Source: Candidatus Levyibacteriota bacterium
Lineage (GTDB): Bacteria > Patescibacteriota > Microgenomatia > Levybacterales > UBA12049
Length of the DNA stretch: 64,000 nt
Assembly: GCA_003152105.1 (NCBI GenBank)
Contig: PLZJ01000002.1
Span: 108,257 to 172,256, forward strand
Reading direction: 5' to 3'
The notes below the pieces were generated by a model. The model worked only from the letters and a program-made list of their open reading frames with translations. It was not told the origin of the DNA and did no database searches. This document shows positions 46,805 through 56,745 of this stretch, in pieces. Made by a program: the position numbers and the translations under genes. How positions within the stretch are numbered: position 1 is the stretch's first letter; each line of letters starts with the position of its first letter.

Positions 46805-49800
46805 TTATTGAATTATTCCTTCTGTAAGTGCTGATGAAGAATCAATTCCAATTTTCCCTGCTTCTATAAAACCTATTACAAATGCTCCAAAAATCGCTGT
46901 TAAAATTCTCCTACTAGCTATATCTTTACCCATGACCCTTAGCATTACTTCAAGTTCATGATAATATTTTTGCGTTTCTTTATATTTCTTTTTCATACCT
47001 TTATGTCGTTCTTTATTGAATTTTCCTTCGGCTTTTACTCCATATTTTTCGATCCTATCATTTCTTTCTTTTTCAGTTAATTGAGCCCATGTTTGCGCAC
47101 TTTTTTCCATACTTCCTGTTAATAGCTGTCTAATATGATCCAGCTTGACTCGTAATTCGTCTCGAGATAATGGTGTAGCTTCATGCCCATAAATTCTTTC
47201 GATTTCAGACATAGATTTTCGAAGTGGTAATTTACTTATACCTAATGAGTCAAAAACTAGAGGCATACGAGAAGCTAAATACCATGTTCCTAATGTATAT
47301 CGAACACCTTTAGCTCTTCCATTATCTTGTCCGCTATATTGACTTATGGCTTCCCCAAATTCTTCAGCATGTTTTGCCTTTGATTCAATATCTGAACCAT
47401 GTGATTTAATAAACGCAATTAACGCTTGTGCTGCTTTAATAGCGTTACCAAAATCATTATAGTTACGCACTAGCATATCTGAACCTGGTTCTGACGAAGC
47501 TTCTCGAGATACAGGAAGCATGTTCCAATTATCAGGAATATTTTCAATTTGATCGAAGAGTCCATCAGTTACATCTAAAGTTCTGACATAGATATCTTCG
47601 AATCTTGGATCCTTTATTAAAGCATCAATTACACTCATTCTACCTTTCCCTACTACCTGTATACCGTTACTTTCAATAAAGGACTGCATTGATTTGTATA
47701 CCTTTTCAATAGCTTCCCCAGCTCCTTCCTTACCTGTAGCTTTATTTAAAAATTGTTTGTCTTCTGCACTTAAGCTTCCGAAATTAATCTGTCGAGGAAC
47801 AGCTTCATGAAATCCTTTATCACGCAATAATCTTATTTCTGCTCCGTATTGCTTTCTAAATGCATCGTAATTTTCAAATCCATAAAGCTTCATCTGTGCA
47901 TTTAAAGCAGAAATTTGATCAGGAGTACGATCGCGTACTAGTTTTATTATTTCTTCTGTTTTGAATTTAGCTACTTTTTCCCAGAGACCTGTTAACTTTT
48001 CAGTTCTTCCTTCTTTAGATGCTCCCGCAGCTTTAATTTGCATAAATAAACCAAAGTTGGTTGCCTCATTAATAAATCTTTTTGGATCCTCTTCTTTAAA
48101 CCTTTTAATTTCTGCACTCAATGTTTCTTTGGGTATAGCTGCGATAATTGCATCATATTGTCTTTTATACTCTAATGGATTAGATTCTAATAGATTTTTA
48201 TGCTCACTTACCCAACCTGCCGTCAATGATTTCTCTGCAGTTCTGTGTTCTAATACTTTTTCTAGATTTTTTCTAAACTCAACCATTCTCCATCCTGAAG
48301 AAAAGAAATCAGGAACTGCATATAGATCACGGAATAATTTAATTCCTAATTCGTGCTTTTCTTCTTTACCCATATGCGACATATGATTATCTTTCATATA
48401 TCCGTCTGCCAAATCTTCGTATGTATAATCCATGTATTCCTGGTCTTCTTGATTTAACAGATCAAACTTTGCAAGTGTCATATCATGAATGTTATAGATA
48501 TTTGCAAATACTCGTGAAGGATCATTTCCAAAGGATTCAACGCCATATAAATGGTGATTTCTAGCAGATATTATTCCAAGTCTTCCAGAGCTAACAAATA
48601 TGTCATACGCTGTTCTGGATGCACGTTCAATTGCCCTTTTTAATTCTTCCTCTTTTGCAGTATCATCCCCAAAAGTTCTACTCCAAATTTCTGCAAATGG
48701 CCCTATTCCCGATTGAGCAAGTCTTTTTTGAATTTCTAATTGTTCACCCTTTATTATGTTTACTATATTTGCAGCAACTTCTACCTCCAATCGCTTATTA
48801 GGATCCTGAACACGCATATCATCAGAAAGCTCGTCCATGCGATTTATCATGTATTGGGTTGTTGAATCATATTGAGAAAGACCATACAGTAACCCCTTTG
48901 CCATTAAATTTTTTGCACTTCCTTGAGCACCCTCAAAATCATGTCTATCTAAAGTTGAACGCATAAATATTAAGCTTAATCTATTGCTGAAATTAACGGA
49001 AAAATTCTTAAGTACCGCGTTTTTTTTATCAATTTGCGCTTGTTTTTCTCTCATAAGCGTCACATAGTTTGTTTTTAGCTTTGCCTGTTCTGATTCAGGG
49101 CTCCCATCGAAACTTCCTTGTGCTTGAAGCTTAGAGTATTCTTCAGAAAGCTTTCTAAAATCATTCATGTCTATATGTACCTGCGTATCAAGATGTGTTT
49201 CTGCTTCTTGTACTAATCTCTGTACTGACTGGACATGATCAGAGCTGAGCTCATTTCCTTGATCTGCCATTTGATAGATTCGGTCAAACTGCGTATCAAG
49301 CCACGCTTCCGCATCTGAATTTAAGCTTTCTTTTGCTGAAGCTGTAAGTAAAAAACCAACTCTTTCATCTCTATCTTTAAGAGCTTCAGCTCTCTCACGA
49401 TCTATATATTGAAAATTTAACTTTTCTAAATACTTAATAGCCTCGTTACCAACATCGCTATTCATTCTTCCTTCATCGATATTTGTACGAATTCGATTTA
49501 TTTGTTCTGGAAGACTAGCCATGAAAGATTTAGGACTAATGTTGTAGGAGTTAGCTAATTCATTAAATATTCCAGCAGCAATACTATAGCTTGCCGCTTT
49601 TTTTTGATCTGTTTGTGCATCAAAGCTTTTTCCAAAATATGACTTCGCGAATTGCTCTAACTCACCTTCTTCTGGACCAAATGAGCTTTTTTGATCAAAA
49701 TTTCGAGGTTTTATTAAAGGTGGTTGATTTTCAGGTGTACTTGTCGAACCTTCTGGCATAAAAACTACTCCTCTGTTCATTGTAGTTCCAGCTGTATGTG

Positions 49801-49858
49801 CTGTCAATTCAGGCTCCGAATTTCGGATAGTAAAATTTGGTCGTTCAGTCATAGCCAA
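46805..49858 (-). CDS. large (1017 aa) acidic hypothetical protein with single C-terminal TM anchor
   Basis: Only one hydrophobic helix, at the extreme C-terminus (ILTAIFGAFVIGFIEAG). Convergent with the VirB6-like gene, stops 3 nt apart. Confidence 0.5.
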   Translation of the reverse strand: MAMTERPNFTIRNSEPELTAHTAGTTMNRGVVFMPEGSTSTPENQPPLIKPRNFDQKSSFGPEEGELEQFAKSYFGKSFDAQTDQKKAASYSIAAGIFNELANSYNISPKSFMASLPEQINRIRTNIDEGRMNSDVGNEAIKYLEKLNFQYIDRERAEALKDRDERVGFLLTASAKESLNSDAEAWLDTQFDRIYQMADQGNELSSDHVQSVQRLVQEAETHLDTQVHIDMNDFRKLSEEYSKLQAQGSFDGSPESEQAKLKTNYVTLMREKQAQIDKKNAVLKNFSVNFSNRLSLIFMRSTLDRHDFEGAQGSAKNLMAKGLLYGLSQYDSTTQYMINRMDELSDDMRVQDPNKRLEVEVAANIVNIIKGEQLEIQKRLAQSGIGPFAEIWSRTFGDDTAKEEELKRAIERASRTAYDIFVSSGRLGIISARNHHLYGVESFGNDPSRVFANIYNIHDMTLAKFDLLNQEDQEYMDYTYEDLADGYMKDNHMSHMGKEEKHELGIKLFRDLYAVPDFFSSGWRMVEFRKNLEKVLEHRTAEKSLTAGWVSEHKNLLESNPLEYKRQYDAIIAAIPKETLSAEIKRFKEEDPKRFINEATNFGLFMQIKAAGASKEGRTEKLTGLWEKVAKFKTEEIIKLVRDRTPDQISALNAQMKLYGFENYDAFRKQYGAEIRLLRDKGFHEAVPRQINFGSLSAEDKQFLNKATGKEGAGEAIEKVYKSMQSFIESNGIQVVGKGRMSVIDALIKDPRFEDIYVRTLDVTDGLFDQIENIPDNWNMLPVSREASSEPGSDMLVRNYNDFGNAIKAAQALIAFIKSHGSDIESKAKHAEEFGEAISQYSGQDNGRAKGVRYTLGTWYLASRMPLVFDSLGISKLPLRKSMSEIERIYGHEATPLSRDELRVKLDHIRQLLTGSMEKSAQTWAQLTEKERNDRIEKYGVKAEGKFNKERHKGMKKKYKETQKYYHELEVMLRVMGKDIASRRILTAIFGAFVIGFIEAGKIGIDSSSALTEGIIQ

Positions 49859-49960
49859 AGTATATGCAGTATGCCTATATATAACTTGACATTAATCTAT
49901 TAGTTACATTACAAATTCCTAACAATACATATTTTTTTAATCCTATGCTACAATTCGACT

Positions 49961-51286
49961 ATGGAAACACAACACTTTGAGGCTCTTTATCCAAAAGATT
50001 CATATGGTAAAGAGATTAAAAAATTGCATACATATATTAAGGAAGGAAATTCTATCCAGGTCATTGGATTGCCAGGTGTTGGTAAATCAAACTTATTAAA
50101 GACTTTAACTTATAACAAAGTTGTTAGAAGCACACAATTTAATAAAGGCCAGGAATGGATTCATTTTGTTTATCTAAATTTTGCTGAAATTAGAGAAAGG
50201 CCTCTACTTGATGTTACAAAATTCATTTTTATCTCACTTTTAGATTCAGTTGCTGAACGACAAATGACAGAAGTATACGAAAAATTAAATCAATTATTTA
50301 AAGAGGTCTTGTTGTTTCAAGATGAACTTGTTCTATTTCAAGCTCTTAAAAAAGCAGTAGATATTATTGCAATTGAAAATCAATTGACTATTGTATTATT
50401 ATTTGACAGATTTGAAGAATATATACCGAGTGTGTCGAATGTATTTTTTTCTAACTTAAGGGTGCTTCGAGACAGAGCCAAGTATCGCTTTTCTTGTGTA
50501 TTTGCAGTAAATAGACCGCTCGAAGATGTTCTAGATACTTCTATAATTGCAGATTTCTATGAATTTATAGCTGGACATTCTCTTTTTCTGCCTCTTTATG
50601 ATAATTCTGTACAGTCATTTAGAATTTCTTATTTAGAGAAGACTACCGGGAAAAAAATTAGTCATTCACAGTTAGTTAAAGTTTTTGAATTAACAGGCAG
50701 GCACAGTAAGCTGACACGAATTTGCATTGAAGTATGCTTAGAAGATGAAGTGAAAAAGGATAATTTAGTTGAATTCTTATTAAAGCAACCGAATGTAAAC
50801 GGAGTGTTAAAAGAAATTTGGTATGCGTTAACTCCTGCAGAGCAAACGCATCTAAAAAAGATGACTTCAAAAGATTTACCAAATGATACTCATGAATTTT
50901 TAATACTATCAGGCCTTATTAAAGAAAATACAATCCAAATTCCGCTTTTAAAAGATTATATTAAAAATCTACATAAAATTGGAGAAGAGACTTATTTCTA
51001 CAACAACACTACCCACATAATAACTAATGGGCAACATAATATATCAGACTTATTAACTAAAGCTGAATTTAAACTTTTAAAAATTCTCCTCGAACATAAA
51101 GATGAAATAGTTGATAGAAATACAATTATAGCAACTGTCTGGGATGAAAATAAATCAACTACTGGAATAACTGATCAAGCGCTTGATCAGCTAATTTTCA
51201 GGCTTCGGAAAAAAATAGAAGAGAATGTTAATTTACCAAAACACATTATTACCATTAAAGGTAGAGGAATTCGTTTTAATCCTTAA
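49961..51286 (+). CDS. AAA+/P-loop ATPase fused to C-terminal OmpR/PhoB-type winged-helix DNA-binding domain
   Basis: Walker A GLPGVGKSNLLKTL. C-terminal ...LTKAEFKLLKILLEH...IITIKGRGIRF (trans_reg_C-like). Confidence 0.6.
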   Translation: METQHFEALYPKDSYGKEIKKLHTYIKEGNSIQVIGLPGVGKSNLLKTLTYNKVVRSTQFNKGQEWIHFVYLNFAEIRERPLLDVTKFIFISLLDSVAERQMTEVYEKLNQLFKEVLLFQDELVLFQALKKAVDIIAIENQLTIVLLFDRFEEYIPSVSNVFFSNLRVLRDRAKYRFSCVFAVNRPLEDVLDTSIIADFYEFIAGHSLFLPLYDNSVQSFRISYLEKTTGKKISHSQLVKVFELTGRHSKLTRICIEVCLEDEVKKDNLVEFLLKQPNVNGVLKEIWYALTPAEQTHLKKMTSKDLPNDTHEFLILSGLIKENTIQIPLLKDYIKNLHKIGEETYFYNNTTHIITNGQHNISDLLTKAEFKLLKILLEHKDEIVDRNTIIATVWDENKSTTGITDQALDQLIFRLRKKIEENVNLPKHIITIKGRGIRFNP

Positions 51287-51327
51287 TGCTTGCAATTTAC
51301 TGCTTGCTTGTTTAGGATAAAGATAGA

Positions 51328-53103
51328 ATGAAATTCTTCTTAAGAACTCTTTCCGTTTTTGCTATCACAAGTATTTGCTTATTCGTATTTACCTTTACTG
51401 CTAAAGCAACATTTGTCCGTGGAGACCCAAGTTGTATAAACATTCCTGTATGCGTATACTACAATGATATCGCTAAGAGTGGCACTGACGTGCTTTCGTC
51501 AGGAGACACTGTTCCCAATACGGTTAATCAATTGCAAGTTGGCATTACAACACATAACCCGACAAAAAACTATACTCCAACTATTCCAATTAATAAAGTA
51601 ATTATTTTGGTTCGTGACAGTGAAAAAAATTATGATCCAACCGACGAAAACAACCCATTTGACAATAATAGTGCAATAATAAATTATGTTGTTTACAACA
51701 CCGGAGACTGTAGTATAGATTTAAATGGGGGCACATCGGTTTGGACAAAGGACACAAGTTCAGCTTGTTCTACAAATGGAACTTCAAACATCCACTTCAG
51801 TGATAGTATTGATATAACAAAATTGTTTCAAGATAGCCCAATTATATCCGGACATACTTATGAAATTGACGTTTATGGTGCGCATAGCCTTTATGACACT
51901 AATTACTATACTGTTGTTAAAGGAGGCAGCGGGGAGAATTGTAAAACTATTGTATGGGGAGATAGTGATGGAAATGATTATTGTGATTTTCCAACTACAA
52001 ATATGTCGCTAAAATTTGTAGTAGAACCTCCTAATTTTAAATATGTAAGTGACAAGGCACATTTTGACTGGAGCGATACCACAGTCTCTCCAGATACAAA
52101 CGCATTACTAGGTAGAGATGTAATAATTCATATTCCGGAAGCACTAAATAGACCTGATTCTGGTGTAAGTGATGGTAATTCAGATAATTCGGTAACGTAT
52201 AAATATGCTATTGAAGGGTATGGAATTAGCTACACCGAAGGAAATTGCTCTCAACCTGATTGCTATCAAACATATACGCTCCCCAATATTAGTACGATAC
52301 CCAAAGGAGTAAATAGCTTAGATTTATATATTTTCGGTCCAAATTCAGAAGGACATTATCAAGATTTTGTTAACCATCCTGGTGAGGCGGCAAACTTAAA
52401 AATACTCTCAATCAGTATTGATAATGCATATAGCTACATACTCGCAAATGATCCGGATGGAAGAAAAGAAAATGATTGTATATATGAAAATCCTCCTTCA
52501 ACTTGTCCTTTTAGACCTATGCCCACAAATTATCCCAATTATAAACCAGGTCAATATATTATTGCAGGAAGTCAAGAGAATAGTAAACACGCAGTGTTAT
52601 CATGTCACGGACCTGGAATATATCAAAATTCAAATGAGAATTCTTACATTTGCAATAATGAAGACACTTATGTAGCTTGTAATGGAAATCCTTCTTTAAC
52701 ATCTGTTAAACAGAATGGTCAAATTGAATATAACAATATTCGGTGCGTTAAAAGAAGCGATATTAAACCTCTTTCTCCCTGCACTCACCCAGAGGTAAGC
52801 AAAACTGATGGAGAGATCTCATGCGCAGGGGTCCCAACTGCACTCGGCACTCTTCCAACAGATCCTGAAGGTCTGGTTGCAGCTATATTTGGGATCTTAC
52901 TTAGCCTGTCTGGAGCAATTGCCCTTTATTTAATAGTTAGAGCTGGCTATAGAATTATGACTTCAGAAGGTACACCAGAAAAAATTACTCAAGGGAGAGA
53001 AGAATTGGTTTCAGCAATAACAGGATTGCTATTCATTATATTTTCGCTTGTGCTTTTTGAGATTATTACTCATTCATTTTTACATATCCCGGGCATATTA
53101 TAA
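51328..53103 (+). CDS. secreted ~500-aa Cys-rich extracellular protein fused to a C-terminal T4SS-pilin-like two-TM module
   Basis: Signal peptide, Asn/Thr/Cys-rich body, and a C-terminal 70 aa (AAIFGILLSLSGAIALYLIVRAGYRIMTSEGTPEKITQGREELVSAITGLLFIIFSLVLFEI) that aligns with the three downstream small proteins. Confidence 0.5.
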   Translation: MKFFLRTLSVFAITSICLFVFTFTAKATFVRGDPSCINIPVCVYYNDIAKSGTDVLSSGDTVPNTVNQLQVGITTHNPTKNYTPTIPINKVIILVRDSEKNYDPTDENNPFDNNSAIINYVVYNTGDCSIDLNGGTSVWTKDTSSACSTNGTSNIHFSDSIDITKLFQDSPIISGHTYEIDVYGAHSLYDTNYYTVVKGGSGENCKTIVWGDSDGNDYCDFPTTNMSLKFVVEPPNFKYVSDKAHFDWSDTTVSPDTNALLGRDVIIHIPEALNRPDSGVSDGNSDNSVTYKYAIEGYGISYTEGNCSQPDCYQTYTLPNISTIPKGVNSLDLYIFGPNSEGHYQDFVNHPGEAANLKILSISIDNAYSYILANDPDGRKENDCIYENPPSTCPFRPMPTNYPNYKPGQYIIAGSQENSKHAVLSCHGPGIYQNSNENSYICNNEDTYVACNGNPSLTSVKQNGQIEYNNIRCVKRSDIKPLSPCTHPEVSKTDGEISCAGVPTALGTLPTDPEGLVAAIFGILLSLSGAIALYLIVRAGYRIMTSEGTPEKITQGREELVSAITGLLFIIFSLVLFEIITHSFLHIPGIL

Positions 53104-53144
53104 TATTGCAATATGATTCGGATTTTTTTATTATAATGTAATAT

Positions 53145-53492
53145 ATGACCAATCAAATCGCTCTTACTTTACCTGGATACCCTAGTACTTTTCCACAACC
53201 AAATGGACTTCCAAATTCACTAAGCAAAAACTCTGGTGCATCAGGTGCAGGAATTATAAGCTTAGGATTAACACTACTTCTACTTATGGCAATATTTTAC
53301 GCACTATTCCGAATTATGGTAGGCAGCATACGTATTGTAATTTCTAGAGGCAATAAAGAGAAATTTGAAAATGCTAGAAAAACAGTAATTTATGCGGTAA
53401 TCGGACTTTGTGTGGCTTTTTCATCGTTTTTCATAATAAATTTACTTGGTAACTTTGTAGGGATAAATCTTCTAAATACAATACCTAAATAA
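53145..53492 (+). CDS. T4SS pilin-like protein (TrbC/VirB2-type two-TM hairpin)
   Basis: TM1 - FRIMVGSIRIVISRGNKEKFENARKTVIYAVIGL - TM2 ...IINLLGN; the shared pattern is Y.I..G.R.I.SGGD..K....R..I..A.IGL......IN. Confidence 0.5.
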   Translation: MTNQIALTLPGYPSTFPQPNGLPNSLSKNSGASGAGIISLGLTLLLLMAIFYALFRIMVGSIRIVISRGNKEKFENARKTVIYAVIGLCVAFSSFFIINLLGNFVGINLLNTIPK

Positions 53493-53525
53493 AATAGTAC
53501 TTGACAACCTTAACAATATGTTACT

Positions 53526-53960
53526 ATGATAAATAAGATGAAAAAAATTAGTTCTATTGTAATTGGCATATTTCTACCCCTAGTAATGGCAGTACCTGCT
53601 TATGCAGATTCAGCTTGCGCAAATTCAGGTTCAGGATTTAACTTTTATCTTCTTTGTCAATTTGGTCAACCTGGTGGCACCTTGTCTACAGGTTCAATAA
53701 TAGGTAGAGTAGTTGCACTACTGCTTTTAGCAGCAGTTTTAGTAGCTTTAATATTTTTAGTAGTCGGGGGTATTCGTTGGATAACTTCTGGAGGAGACAA
53801 AACAAAATTAGATTCTGCGCGAAGTCACATCGTAGCAGCAATAGTTGGTCTTGTTATAGCACTACTTGCATACCTAATAATAAATGTAATTCTTCAGGCA
53901 TTTGGACTAAATGCAGGAGGAATCAGCAACTTTAATCTCCCAAGTATAACCGGAAAGTAA
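53526..53960 (+). CDS. T4SS pilin-like protein paralog
   Basis: Signal peptide; IFLVVGGIRWITSGGDKTKLDSARSHIVAAIVGLVIALLAYLIINVIL. Confidence 0.5.
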   Translation: MINKMKKISSIVIGIFLPLVMAVPAYADSACANSGSGFNFYLLCQFGQPGGTLSTGSIIGRVVALLLLAAVLVALIFLVVGGIRWITSGGDKTKLDSARSHIVAAIVGLVIALLAYLIINVILQAFGLNAGGISNFNLPSITGK

Positions 53961-54002
53961 TCGTTATTGCATTCCTCTCTCTCCTTTGTTACGCTTAATA
54001 TT

Positions 54003-54335
54003 ATGAACTGGAATTCTTTCGCAGGTTGTATTTATTCGGGAGATCCTAAAGATCAAGTAGCTACAATTAAATGTCTCCCTGCAGTCTTCTATAATGTTAT
54101 AAGTGCCTTAATTATCCTAGGCGGTGCTTTTGCAGTATATTACATTATTTATGCAGGCTTAAAATTAATTCATTCTGGTGGAGATCCTAAAGAAGTCGAA
54201 ATTGGAAGAAAAACACTTCAATATGCATTTATTGGATTAATAGTTGTACTTGGTTCTTTTTTATTAATTAATCTCGTTGCACAAGTTACTGGCACAAACT
54301 GCATTACTGCGTACGGCTTCTTAAAATGTAGATAG
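54003..54335 (+). CDS. T4SS pilin-like protein paralog
   Basis: YYIIYAGLKLIHSGGDPKEVEIGRKTLQYAFIGLIVVLGSFLLINLVA. The track start at 53967 is TTG, so ATG at 54003 is preferred. Confidence 0.45.
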   Translation: MNWNSFAGCIYSGDPKDQVATIKCLPAVFYNVISALIILGGAFAVYYIIYAGLKLIHSGGDPKEVEIGRKTLQYAFIGLIVVLGSFLLINLVAQVTGTNCITAYGFLKCR

Positions 54336-54368
54336 TATCAAATATTGTTGTTGAAGAAATTTTACTCT

Positions 54369-56159
54369 TTATAAAAGTGGTAACACACCCAAAGCACCAG
54401 CTCCCAATCCAGCTGTTCCAAGTGCTGCTGCGACTATAGCTCCAGTTAAAAACTTTTTCCCGTGCTTACGAATTACAAAATCAATTATCTCTCTTCCAGA
54501 ATGACCTTGGATTGCACCCTCTTCTTTAGCTTTTTGTATCTCATCATCAAGCGCTTTATTTTTTGTTAACGATTCCGTGATTAACCCCTCACCCCATGAG
54601 CTCAAGGTGACTTTTTCTGCTTCAGCTTCGGTAAGCTTTCCATTCTTCAATCTATGAGAAAGAAGAGTTTTACCAACTTCTCTACCTTTTTTTGCAACAT
54701 AATCTGGATCCTTATTGAATTTTTCGTCTATTTCTGCTTGACTGATTCCGGTTCCTGGTGAGGTTAAAATTTTAGTTAATAATGCTCTTTCACCATTTTT
54801 CATTAAATCTTCGAAATCTGCATTTATTTCAGGTTTTTTACGTACCAAAACTTTTCTTCTCCTTATTATACCGTGGTTATTTCGAGTAGGCATTTCTGTC
54901 CATCGATCCAGTAATCCCTGAGATAAAACTGTGTCTATTCTTGTTAATGCATTATCGGATTCAGTTTTTAAACGGCCGACTTCTGCAGCATCTGCTTCTG
55001 AAAGACGACTATATATTAAATCCTCAGATGCCTCTGAAAATGCGTTTCCTAATTTTAGTTGCAATTCCATTTCTTTTTGCGCATGATCCCTAACCGCAGC
55101 ATCATAATCAGCTCTAGCTGATAAATATTCAGTATGTGCAGTTCTATCTTCTAAAGAAGCGTCCGGTTTTTGACCCTCAAGTCTCAGTTTATTTTCATTT
55201 AATTCCGTTTGATTCTTCAATAAAGCTTCTCTGTCTGATATCATTTTCTGAGTTACACCAATTTCTCTATAGTTATCGTCCAAAACTTGAACTGCCGCAT
55301 CTAATTGTCCTTGAAAAGTAGCTATGGTAGCAGTTGCTTTTCCGGAAGTTACCGCGTCATCTAAATCTTTTTGCAATCGCTTAACTGCAGCTGAGTAAAT
55401 TCTCGATTTATCTTGTTGTGCTTGCAATAAAGGCTCACGACTTCTTAAAGCTTTATTAAGTTTCTCGAGTTCCACTTTCTTTACTCCGGGAACTCCTGCT
55501 GTGTCTCCATATTCTGCCAACTGACTATTTATATGTTTTATTTCTGCATCTATTCCACTTAATTTTGTGTGTGCAACATCATATTTTATTTTAGTAACGT
55601 CTCTATTTTTTACGGCGTCTAAGGAGATATCTTCAATAGAAGTTGATGTTGCGCTTCTTACAACTTCTTTTAATTTATATTGGAATCGAGGTTCTTTTAC
55701 AAATGCGTCTATTACAGCAGTTTTTTCTGTGCCCGATAATGAATCAAGAAAAGTAGCTGCTTCAGGAGATGACGCATATATACTGTGCTCAACGATGTCC
55801 CTAACAAAACCCCTGTCTGCACTATCTGTCAATGCCGAAACTTCTCCACCTTTTTCTAAGAACTCCTGCACTCTTTTTAACTGTTTTTGAGCATCGACTC
55901 TTCGTGCTTCCTCTACTTTTGTAACTATTTTTGTCCCATCTGCTTTGCGCTCATGACCAAAGCTTTCATTAATACGCGCGTCTAACTGTCCGAAATCTAA
56001 AGGCTTATCCCTATGAGCTTCTTCAAGTGCGGCTTGATGACCTTTCTCTGCCATTGTTTCTCTAAGGGACTTTGCTTCGGCTTCAGACCCTGGCACAGCA
56101 GAAGTAATACCAGTATCTTTCACTTCAACGGCAGCTCTAACAGGTGCTTCTCTATTCAT
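54369..56159 (-). CDS. coiled-coil, Ala/Glu/Lys-rich hypothetical protein (596 aa) with C-terminal TM anchor
   Basis: Single C-terminal hydrophobic segment FLTGAIVAAALGTAGLGAGALGVLPLL; otherwise hydrophilic and coiled-coil-like. Confidence 0.45.
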   Translation of the reverse strand: MNREAPVRAAVEVKDTGITSAVPGSEAEAKSLRETMAEKGHQAALEEAHRDKPLDFGQLDARINESFGHERKADGTKIVTKVEEARRVDAQKQLKRVQEFLEKGGEVSALTDSADRGFVRDIVEHSIYASSPEAATFLDSLSGTEKTAVIDAFVKEPRFQYKLKEVVRSATSTSIEDISLDAVKNRDVTKIKYDVAHTKLSGIDAEIKHINSQLAEYGDTAGVPGVKKVELEKLNKALRSREPLLQAQQDKSRIYSAAVKRLQKDLDDAVTSGKATATIATFQGQLDAAVQVLDDNYREIGVTQKMISDREALLKNQTELNENKLRLEGQKPDASLEDRTAHTEYLSARADYDAAVRDHAQKEMELQLKLGNAFSEASEDLIYSRLSEADAAEVGRLKTESDNALTRIDTVLSQGLLDRWTEMPTRNNHGIIRRRKVLVRKKPEINADFEDLMKNGERALLTKILTSPGTGISQAEIDEKFNKDPDYVAKKGREVGKTLLSHRLKNGKLTEAEAEKVTLSSWGEGLITESLTKNKALDDEIQKAKEEGAIQGHSGREIIDFVIRKHGKKFLTGAIVAAALGTAGLGAGALGVLPLL

Positions 56160-56162
56160 ATC

Positions 56163-56510
56163 TTACTTTGCGTCTCCTCCTAATGCCGCTTTCGAGAGCT
56201 CTAATGCTTCATCAACTTTACCTTGCTTTGTAAGAGACTCTATGTCAGTTGCGGTACTCTTATCTTCTTTCACTTTTTCCTCACCCTTTTCGATAGTTAG
56301 AATTTTTTGAAAAATATCCCATTGAAAAGCTAATGCATATAAGAATTCTGATAAATCGGTTTTTGTTTGTATTCTTTGCATATTTTTTTGAATTTGACCT
56401 GAGATATCAACAGCTTCATCTTGCGTTAAGATGCCATTATGTAAACCATCAATCATTGCAATTGTTAATTTCTTTTCGATTTCATCTTTATGTTGCTGAT
56501 CTAATTGCAT
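56163..56510 (-). CDS. small acidic hypothetical protein (115 aa), operonic with the downstream coiled-coil gene
   Basis: Stop lies 4 nt before the start of the 54369-56159 gene. Confidence 0.4.
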   Translation of the reverse strand: MQLDQQHKDEIEKKLTIAMIDGLHNGILTQDEAVDISGQIQKNMQRIQTKTDLSEFLYALAFQWDIFQKILTIEKGEEKVKEDKSTATDIESLTKQGKVDEALELSKAALGGDAK

Positions 56511-56745
56511 ACTATATCAATAGTAATCTTTGCGCTTCTTAAATGTCAATAGAGCTACTGCAAATTTACATTTAGGCTTATTTAGTAACGTATATTTTCA
56601 CGATAAATTTACCTAGTTATAATCACATTTGACATACTTTGAACTGCTTGCATTGGAATTTTTCACGTATTACGATGATTTAAGCACAAGAATGATATAG
56701 TGCGAAACAGAAATCCTATATCTGGCTTTCTGCCCAAGACAGTAA

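Noticed and set aside
21258-54002. Track ORFs beginning with non-ATG codons translated as M (21258, 21955, 22175, 35906, 40556, 43868, 53967)
   Set aside because: These begin at TTG/GTG codons that overlap upstream genes or add non-genic-looking extensions; nearby in-frame ATGs were preferred (43868 kept for lack of an alternative).
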